Below are positions 27,001 to 33,721 of a stretch of 64,000 bases of DNA, piece after piece. Within the stretch, counting starts at the first letter, position 1. Every line of letters starts with the position of its first letter. The DNA lies in NCBI GenBank assembly GCA_041671365.1, contig JBAZBP010000002.1:1052-65051 (forward strand). The letters run 5' to 3'. The notes below the pieces were generated by a model, which saw only the letters and a list, made by a program, of their open reading frames with translations, ran no database searches and had not been told where the DNA came from. A program made the translations under genes and the position numbers. This DNA is from Patescibacteria group bacterium. Lineage in GTDB: Bacteria > Patescibacteriota > Patescibacteriia > Patescibacteriales > UBA12465.

Positions 27001-30000
27001 TTAACCAGATTAGGATTAAAACGAGTTACCGGATCAATATATTCCGTACAACCGGAAGAAGCAACATCGCAAATACCGGCATCAGTACTCGGAATCGGGA
27101 CGCCACCACCTCCCAGACCGATAGTTTTAAAGACTGAATAAGCGCACTCATGATCGGTTTTATCAAGAATACAAGAACCGGCTCCGGTACCGCAGTCACT
27201 GTCGCTTAAACAAATCGGTCCGTCAACCTCCGCCGAGCCACTGATAGATTTGTCTTTATTCAAATCACAACGCTTAGCCGGTATTTTATACCATTTTTTC
27301 GAGCCGACCGAGGCATTATTAGCGGCTCGATAAACACAAACATTATTTCCCGGATCTTTAAAATAATTAACACTATTATTATCCTTATTCGTCCAGGTTT
27401 CACAGCCGACGTCGCCGGAGTTACATAAAATTGTCTCGTATTGATTCGGATTATTTAATTTAAAAACATCAGAAAATCCGATTAGGCTGTTTCCTCCCTG
27501 GCCTTGGCCTAAGCGGCTGCAGCCAAGATTGACGGCGTTACACTGTTTCTTGGCGTCGTAGACGGCATATAAAGCACTATCGCCGGGAACCATTACACAA
27601 TTAGGATCCGCCACATTGCAAGTCGTCGTCGCTACCCCGCCCTCCCAAAAACCGGATCCGTAAGGCGAATAATTTTTTGTATCAATCATCTGCTCGCAGC
27701 CGACCGCCGAATCGGAACATAATTTAGTAAATTTATGTAAATTATTTTTTAGATTATTCCGATCGGTGTATTGAGCGCAACCTAAATTATAGTCGGCGCC
27801 TTGATAATTGCCGGCCAAATCATAATAACAGGAATCCGAAATTTGACTGGAATTTTTAATTAAATAATAACGGTCGCTAATTTCCGACAAAACAAAATCA
27901 TCTAAATAAAATTCTCCGCCGCCGTTAATCACCAATTCTTCATTATTTCCGACCGACTGATCAAGATCGGTTAAATTCGCCCGATAAATATTCCAGCCGC
28001 TCCCGCCTTTAATTACAATCGGACTAAAATCGGTTTTCGTCCCGGTATCCTTGTTCCTAAAAGAAACAGTTAAAGTAGTGTCGGTCGGCGCAAGACCTAG
28101 AAATCTTAAAGTATAAGCCGAACCTTGATTAACCAGTCCGCTAACGCTTGAAGTTGCTTCTCCCGAAACGCAGGTGTTATGTAAAGAATGGCCATCTTTA
28201 TTATTAGAAATAGGACTGATGCTAAAACAAGTACTGGAGGACCAGCCGTTTAAACCGCTTTCGAAATTGTCAAAAGAAATAACCCGCACATTACTGCCGG
28301 TGCTGCCGTTATATTCGCGGCAACCGTTTTCACTGGCGCGGCAAGTCTGTCCTTCTCCGGGAATTGCGCTATAAAAACAAGATTCGGAAGTTGCATCCCA
28401 CGTACCGCCGTTTAAACAAACAGTATTTCCACTAGAATCGATATTTTTATCAGTCATTCGATAGGTATGACAATTATCGGAGCAGGTAATCGTCTGGGAA
28501 CTTAAAAGGTAGGCTACCGTTCCGGAGGCATTATAAAATTCTCGACAGTCGGGATTAAAAAGTGGATCATTCACCGGTTTATTATAAATATCCGCGGTAC
28601 AAAGTGCAGGGTTATAACCGGCAGTAGTCGCCGGCGTTCCGCCGGCATCTTTTTTCAAAGAATACGCCTGTAACTGATAACCGCTCGCCTGCCCTTCCCA
28701 GGCATAAAAACTGGCACATTGGGTCGTACTCGGTTTTATACACTGTTTTAGAGAAGTATAATATTCTTTCTGTTCCCCTCCTTGAGCGAGCGAGTCTAAA
28801 TTAGTAAATTCGCTGCAACCGGCCGCCTCCGCGCTGCACTTAGTAGCGGTAGCGGGAATTATATTTTCCGTCTCCGCGGAATTAAAATAACTGCCCTTAG
28901 AAATATAGACGTCATAGCCGAGACATTCTGCCGGACAATAATCATTACTTGCGACTTTAGCCGTGACAACAAAATAGTCTTTAATGTTTGTATAGGAATC
29001 ACAGCCGACCTCGTCCTGGTTGCACTTCCGAGCGAAAGCCGAACAGACTGCCGGCGCATCCGATTTTAAGGTATAATCCTTAACCGCACTACTGACGTTA
29101 TTATAGCAAGTTTTTTCTAGATAATTCGGCAATAATTTTTCATAAATTCTCGCCGAACCGGATGTTGTTTGGCCATAAGCCGTATAACCGGTATCCCAGT
29201 CGCTCGCTTCAAATTTTAAATTTTTAACATAAAAAGTAATTCCCGCCGAACCAAGAATGACAAAATTCGGATCATTGAAACTGCTGTCAGCCGAACGAGT
29301 CACATTTAAGTGCTGCCATGAACCCATAACGGCAGTGGTCATATCATAATTCGAACCGCTCCCAACCGTCAAACTAACACTGCCGGCATTCTCTAAATAA
29401 ACATCGGCGCTCATCGTATAAAATTGGCCGGTAACAATTTGAAAATTAGCGGGCAAAAGAGAGTTTTCCGGATTAGAAGAAACACCACCGGCCGCAGAAG
29501 CGTCTACTGCTAATTTTAAAACTTTACCGTCTCCGCTTACCGGATCCTGGACAATGGATGCCTCTTCTATGTTAATCAATGGCCAATCATTAAGCTTCGT
29601 TCCGCTATTAGAAACACTACCCAATTCCTCATTATTAAAATCGGAGTCCATCACCAAATTATTACCCCAAGTGGATTTGACGCGCATCAGCTCCGTACAA
29701 CCATTATCAGGACTGCTGCAAGTACCCAAGCTTTTGTTCAAATATAAACTATTAGACGTACTCCAACTAACTGTTCCGGTCGAAGTAGCATAAATACCGG
29801 ATAAAGAATACTGTCGGCAACCGGCGTTGCTAGAATTACAGTTATTATAGTTTAAAGTATTTTGCAAATAAGCCACCGCTTGTCCATTTACGCCGGTAAA
29901 CGACTGGCAGGTATTGTTAACCGGTTCGCAAGAATCCGTATTAAAATTCCACGTTCTTTTTTCTCCATTACAATACCCATAAACTTCACAACTGCCATCA

Positions 30001-31880
30001 GGTTTTTCTTTAATACAGGTTTGCCCGTCGGCGCAATAATTATCCGCCCTAAGAATATTTAAGGTGCTGGGAGTGGAAGAAACGGAGGCGTTTCCTTCTA
30101 TTCCCTGCGTAACCGTCGTACTTAAGAGTTGCGCGCCAAACCCCTCTTTTTGGCAATAATTAAGCGGTGCCTTTAAAACCCAGTTAGGATCGACCAATCC
30201 TTGGCACCAGGTCGTGTCAGATCCAAAATCTTGACTAAAATTAGTATACTGATCAAGAGGATTAAAGCAGGAAACTAAATCATTTAAAGTTGCCCGATGA
30301 GGCGAGACCGGGTTGTTGGCGATTGAGGCTACCTCAGCCCAACCGATCGGTAAAATCCGATACTTAATAAGAATACTAATATTTCTTAAAGAATACTCGC
30401 TGTTATAAGCGTCTCCAGAATCACTGTTAGTTACTTGCCAGTCGCCGTGTAAGGAGCCGTCATTGATAGCCTCGATTACAGTTTTCTTTTCGGAAATCGC
30501 CTGCATAAACGGACTATCAATAACACAGTTATCCGGCCCGGGATTTTTTGAATCTTGACAAACCGCCAAAGACGATAAAATATCATAATCCGCCTGCGTA
30601 CCAAAATTAGGTTTAAGCAAGGCGGTTGTAACCTGCTTCAAGGCTGTAGCTCCTCGACCGCTATTAGGATCGCTGGAATAACCGGAACCGCCGCCGACGG
30701 CATTATTACCGTTATCCTGCTTTCCCAAACTCTGTACTAATTTATTAAAGGCGGATACGGCTAATTGATTTAAAAAGACATTGGCGGCATCCACAAAAAC
30801 ATCGGTAGTAATTTTTCCGATATTGCCGGCTTTAATAGCGTCCGCCTCTTGTAGGGTTCTCTCTGCCGTTCCCGGAGGAGCTGCGGAATCACCGGCAATA
30901 TTAGTAACATTCAACCATCCCTTATTGGCAATGAATCCGGTTTCAGAATTTTTTACATTAACTAAGGCTTTATTAGATAAATCAGTTTTTGCCAAAACAG
31001 AAATACCGAGATCGTTGGCCTGAGGGTCAAAATATTGAGCCAGATTATTTAAATAATCGCCCGAACGCAAATCAGCCAATTTTTTATTAATATCCGTGTC
31101 CCAGGTTGTAATCATTTTTGACAGAGTACAGTTAGGCGGGGCTGGACGAGTTTGCTGAACAAGTCCTAAACCTATTTGGACCTTAGCCATTAAAGATGAA
31201 GGACTGCAAACATTAAAAGACGGAGTAGTCTCTTTCATGGCGCCTGCGACATCATTAGTAGTACCGGTAACTGCACAGGAAGTGTTATTATTGGCACAAT
31301 TACGGAAACAGCTTTGAATAGCTGTGGAATCCTGTCCACTGTTTTGGAGATTATACCCATAGTCTCCGGTATAATTATTTTGATCTTGACTATTCGATAA
31401 TTGAGCACTGCAAGAAGCATTACAATCTGTTAATTCTTTATCACAAGACTTTTGGTCTACAGACCGATTTAAATTATTGACAAAACTTTCTACGAACGTT
31501 CCCATCGCTTCATCACCAATTTGATTTAAATAAGCTCCAATATTTTGAGTAACAAACAAAGGTTTTTGGCCGGAACCACCAGAACCGATATAATTAGCGG
31601 TATCATAAGCAATTTTATTAAGAGCCGTACTCAATGTCCGCTGAAAAGCGATTGCCCCGGCTTTCTTCCATAAAAAATCGGCACCATCCTTAACCTTCGT
31701 CCATACCCAATCGGCGTAACCAACAACATCGGCCACAACTGTAGTCGCTAATTGCGCGTGAACCGGTTTAGGCGGTGCAGCGACAATCACTAATAACAAA
31801 CAAAAAATCAAGAAAAAACTTTTAATTTTTTGACTGAATCTTAATTTTTTATTTTTTTCCGGCTCGATTAAATTTCTCAT
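24009..31880 (-). CDS. Giant (2623 aa) Cys-rich secreted/surface protein with CBM-like modules and a PKD-like C-terminus
   Basis: Single uninterrupted ORF with an N-terminal signal/anchor. Four N-x-x-F-E/D-type module starts are present: NLVMDSDFNNEE, SFDNFESGLNGW, NLVNNPSFTTTTEGTEGW and VSNGDFEDKP. The C-terminal IDIDWGDGKIQTI...HIFYHNY is PKD-like. Confidence 0.85.
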   Translation of the reverse strand: MRNLIEPEKNKKLRFSQKIKSFFLIFCLLLVIVAAPPKPVHAQLATTVVADVVGYADWVWTKVKDGADFLWKKAGAIAFQRTLSTALNKIAYDTANYIGSGGSGQKPLFVTQNIGAYLNQIGDEAMGTFVESFVNNLNRSVDQKSCDKELTDCNASCSAQLSNSQDQNNYTGDYGYNLQNSGQDSTAIQSCFRNCANNNTSCAVTGTTNDVAGAMKETTPSFNVCSPSSLMAKVQIGLGLVQQTRPAPPNCTLSKMITTWDTDINKKLADLRSGDYLNNLAQYFDPQANDLGISVLAKTDLSNKALVNVKNSETGFIANKGWLNVTNIAGDSAAPPGTAERTLQEADAIKAGNIGKITTDVFVDAANVFLNQLAVSAFNKLVQSLGKQDNGNNAVGGGSGYSSDPNSGRGATALKQVTTALLKPNFGTQADYDILSSLAVCQDSKNPGPDNCVIDSPFMQAISEKKTVIEAINDGSLHGDWQVTNSDSGDAYNSEYSLRNISILIKYRILPIGWAEVASIANNPVSPHRATLNDLVSCFNPLDQYTNFSQDFGSDTTWCQGLVDPNWVLKAPLNYCQKEGFGAQLLSTTVTQGIEGNASVSSTPSTLNILRADNYCADGQTCIKEKPDGSCEVYGYCNGEKRTWNFNTDSCEPVNNTCQSFTGVNGQAVAYLQNTLNYNNCNSSNAGCRQYSLSGIYATSTGTVSWSTSNSLYLNKSLGTCSSPDNGCTELMRVKSTWGNNLVMDSDFNNEELGSVSNSGTKLNDWPLINIEEASIVQDPVSGDGKVLKLAVDASAAGGVSSNPENSLLPANFQIVTGQFYTMSADVYLENAGSVSLTVGSGSNYDMTTAVMGSWQHLNVTRSADSSFNDPNFVILGSAGITFYVKNLKFEASDWDTGYTAYGQTTSGSARIYEKLLPNYLEKTCYNNVSSAVKDYTLKSDAPAVCSAFARKCNQDEVGCDSYTNIKDYFVVTAKVASNDYCPAECLGYDVYISKGSYFNSAETENIIPATATKCSAEAAGCSEFTNLDSLAQGGEQKEYYTSLKQCIKPSTTQCASFYAWEGQASGYQLQAYSLKKDAGGTPATTAGYNPALCTADIYNKPVNDPLFNPDCREFYNASGTVAYLLSSQTITCSDNCHTYRMTDKNIDSSGNTVCLNGGTWDATSESCFYSAIPGEGQTCRASENGCREYNGSTGSNVRVISFDNFESGLNGWSSSTCFSISPISNNKDGHSLHNTCVSGEATSSVSGLVNQGSAYTLRFLGLAPTDTTLTVSFRNKDTGTKTDFSPIVIKGGSGWNIYRANLTDLDQSVGNNEELVINGGGEFYLDDFVLSEISDRYYLIKNSSQISDSCYYDLAGNYQGADYNLGCAQYTDRNNLKNNLHKFTKLCSDSAVGCEQMIDTKNYSPYGSGFWEGGVATTTCNVADPNCVMVPGDSALYAVYDAKKQCNAVNLGCSRLGQGQGGNSLIGFSDVFKLNNPNQYETILCNSGDVGCETWTNKDNNSVNYFKDPGNNVCVYRAANNASVGSKKWYKIPAKRCDLNKDKSISGSAEVDGPICLSDSDCGTGAGSCILDKTDHECAYSVFKTIGLGGGGVPIPSTDAGICDVASSGCTEYIDPVTRFNPNLVNNPSFTTTTEGTEGWGDVSLGAWSSTLTPTQQVIALEPYKLYSLNVTNGSGSGVILDFTVSVRQLLSDNNFGAATTSLAAATTTNVPVIFDSLEATSTRLSGGAIGRTIEVRELAVDYQLQSKIDKTSCTKQAQFNNGCVLFNERGVSGASGLTGLDYDAYATNNRATNDPNPLVPSSCSGNSCTANEVIKVSPNRVCSRWLSCTSYTQDPITKKKTCYAYNECNSLDNQGECNNYTTPLTGTTTTAVDGNATGYSLYNNYNLGQMEVVGRKLTVSNGDFEDKPDLTTCATKPCPCTSSNNSDRCLIDNPDVADSYGTDHPAHGKTYLMVPLGKEYTLGVSSDLAITSGDYFINYLVNTKKSNGAEAQVTITNASGAPIKTFSSISGLDWTREIHRFTLTNIAGIQVKVSHDGAPGTSPVYFDDIKIEPVLKISNDKYVASECRLYPTGDSLTCVSKNKNTITSGLEGYCLEHDPANPSVCLLWYPMDNVPTNNFKSNGYHGPTPLSYATEVSGNFDLVEKREAYLYYAKQEGGKCWDPEGDNTNLNGRPQDLASCQGDSNYFNFYYKFNCTNDNNCCYFEWCIPKTNSKVTVEATHSTSLQRTFDFTSVGIKSLNLQDAQLTKDYEYFNEHVSLNFWLTLTLPSQSSNGWYVYDGLNNVEKTLGETVSDGLQPIRIYDYTKNPLPSAETDLTLLKNFKLNYQDKSVQVVDDMGNNKAWVERVKNIDSYPTSTPPFFHFFATPYNLMKYESDINTFPFGSYGSNQGRPYGCSNSKSCGLIGSCTVEPNGPNTYCVASSSATMTSFDSDFFIAQSCGTGLGTCQPLWTRAYPLINTPSLLPYKNILKNIFLQGNNGADYSFTPPHCITSDTGLPNNVRPNCVDSNSCLKAFCSVYPTIFNFHLYSNDNNGNNVTPITGNKATSKGWYRLEFNSIVDPEQQPLKSIDIDWGDGKIQTITNQDNAPATSSPHIFYHNYLKIPDTAVHATTTDNWGFTGSQ

Positions 31881-32554
31881 GGTTGTGTCGTGCTAGAATT
31901 TTGACTGTTTAAAGTTTCTTGATAACTTTTTAATAAATCCGCGTCGCTAATTTTATCTAAATCGGCTTGGCTGCTAATTCCGCTGGAAATAAGTAATTGG
32001 CGCAAAGTTGCGGCATCCGCTTGCCCGTTCAGAGCATTTTGTAAAACAGTCTGATCGGCACTTCCCAGGCCGGAACCGGCCGAAGGAACTGCGGGACTTG
32101 ACTCCACCGGCAAAGAAAGATCGGGAATAGTAGTTGGGTTACTGGAGCTGGCCACCTGAACAGGCGCATTGCAATTTTGACCCTGAGGACAATTTGGATC
32201 GGTCTTCTGCTGAATTTCTTTTAAGTCGAGAATACCGTCGCTGTCAGTATCTGGCAAATAAGGCGAGGTATGATAAATATAAATTTCATCGTAATCCGAC
32301 AAACCGTCACCGTCCGTATCGGTTTTCTTAAGCAAATCTATGGAAACGCTGCTCGTCGCCGCGGTCGAAACCGCCGTGCTGGTTCCGTTATAAGCGAATG
32401 GCGAAGTAATTTGTACTTGCATTTGCCAAACCCAAAAAATAACGATAACCGCCGCTAAAATAATAAAAAATGACACCGCTATTTTCTGCGGTTGAGGCAA
32501 ATCTTTGAAGGTTGAATTAGCGCCAATTTTCTCTGGGGGAACTCCTAAGCGCAT
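31877..32554 (-). CDS. Membrane-anchored protein with thrombospondin type-3-like Ca-binding repeats
   Basis: 225 aa with one TM, then DTDGDGLSDYDE and DTDSDGILDLKE. Its stop overlaps the giant gene's start (ATGA). Confidence 0.7.
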   Translation of the reverse strand: MRLGVPPEKIGANSTFKDLPQPQKIAVSFFIILAAVIVIFWVWQMQVQITSPFAYNGTSTAVSTAATSSVSIDLLKKTDTDGDGLSDYDEIYIYHTSPYLPDTDSDGILDLKEIQQKTDPNCPQGQNCNAPVQVASSSNPTTIPDLSLPVESSPAVPSAGSGLGSADQTVLQNALNGQADAATLRQLLISSGISSQADLDKISDADLLKSYQETLNSQNSSTTQP

Positions 32555-32593
32555 AATATTAAAAAAACAATTAGACCTTTTAATTTAAATTTA

Positions 32594-33439
32594 TTATACC
32601 ACAAACGACGTTAAAGCCGCAAATAAATTTCGCCAATTTTCCAGAGACAAGTCTTCGGCGCGAACCTGCGGATTAAGACCTTGGGAAACTAACAGATTTT
32701 CCATAATTTTTGTCTCGGTCTTTAATCCGGCGGCCAGATTATTTTTTAACATTTTTCGCTTCGAACTAAAACCGATTCTCACCACTCTAAAAAAACGCTT
32801 ATCTTCCGTTGATATATATTCCTTATTTATAAGTGTCAGCTTAACCAAGGCGCTGTCCACTTTCGGCTCCGGCCAAAAATTTCCGGCTTTAACTATTTTA
32901 ATAATTTCCGCCGTGGCGTAATACTGCACGGAAATTGCCAGAATACTCATGTCGGGCGGCTGAGCAGTAATTCTTTCCGCTACCTCTTTTTGCAACATTA
33001 GAATTAAAGATTTCGGCCGCGACTCACCGCTTAAAAATCGCCGTAAAAAAATTGAAGTAATATTATAAGGCAGATTAGCGACAATTTTATATTTACCGGT
33101 TTCTAATTGATGAGCCCGCGGGTTAAAGCGCAAAATATCCCCATTGACTATTTCGAGGTTAGCCGTATTGTTAGCGTCCACGGCCATTTTTAAATAATTA
33201 GCCAAGTTATCGTCAAGTTCGACCGCCACGATTCTTTGCGCTTTTTGTGCTAATTTAATCGTTAAAAAACCCAGGCCCGGTCCGATTTCTAAAACAGTGT
33301 CCGTCGGCTGCAAATTCGCCGCCGTTACTATTTCCTCATAAATTTTTTCGTTTATTAAAAAATTCTGACCCTTGGAACGCGAAGGTTTAATTTCCATCAA
33401 ACGGCAAATTTCTCTAATTTGGCTTAATAAATCGGACAT
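32594..33439 (-). CDS. rsmA: 16S rRNA (adenine1518/1519-N6)-dimethyltransferase RsmA/KsgA
   Basis: 281 aa with GQNFL, the SAM motif VLEIGPGLGFLT and NLPYNI. Confidence 0.92.
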   Translation of the reverse strand: MSDLLSQIREICRLMEIKPSRSKGQNFLINEKIYEEIVTAANLQPTDTVLEIGPGLGFLTIKLAQKAQRIVAVELDDNLANYLKMAVDANNTANLEIVNGDILRFNPRAHQLETGKYKIVANLPYNITSIFLRRFLSGESRPKSLILMLQKEVAERITAQPPDMSILAISVQYYATAEIIKIVKAGNFWPEPKVDSALVKLTLINKEYISTEDKRFFRVVRIGFSSKRKMLKNNLAAGLKTETKIMENLLVSQGLNPQVRAEDLSLENWRNLFAALTSFVV

Positions 33440-33503
33440 ATAATATTTATTTTTAGAGACTTTAGATTTTCTTCATCTTTAGTTTGTTATAGTTGATACC
33501 AGT

Positions 33504-33573
33504 GGGCCCGATGGCGGCTTTAGACTCAGTATTGACACCTAGGTCTCGGGGTTCGACTCCCCGCGGGTCCACA
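33504..33573 (+). ncRNA. tRNA-like minihelix (acceptor + canonical T arm) without a foldable D or anticodon arm
   Basis: GGGCCCG...CGGGG-TTCGACT-CCCCG-CGGGTCC-A-CA. I tested all 5-bp/7-nt-loop registers in the 36-nt insert and none pairs. Confidence 0.35.
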
Positions 33574-33695
33574 GGGAGGCGGATATAATCAAAATAAACC
33601 AGGAAACACTATTTTCGATATTGACTACCAAAAATTAATTTGCTACTATAATTGTAGTGTCAATGCTGAATTAAAGCCGTTATAGACTTAAAAAC

Positions 33696-33714
33696 ATCCG
33701 CCCCAAAGGCGGAT
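33696..33714. terminator. Bidirectional terminator (leuS and the tRNA-like element)
   Basis: atccgcc-ccaaa-ggcggat flanked by an A run and a T run. Confidence 0.65.
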
Positions 33715-33721
33715 TGTTTTT

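Noticed and set aside
24009-31880. Many 60-90-aa track ORFs inside or antisense to the giant gene, and a possible DGR target at its C-terminus
   Set aside because: All are nested in a continuous 2623-codon frame. There is no reverse transcriptase or template/variable repeat pair visible in the window.
33504-33720. tmRNA (ssrA) gene starting at the tRNA-like 5' end
   Set aside because: The acceptor 5' and 3' strands are only 68 nt apart, so there is no room for pseudoknots or a tag reading frame. The downstream sequence has no plausible ...AA-stop tag, and a permuted gene order does not fit either.
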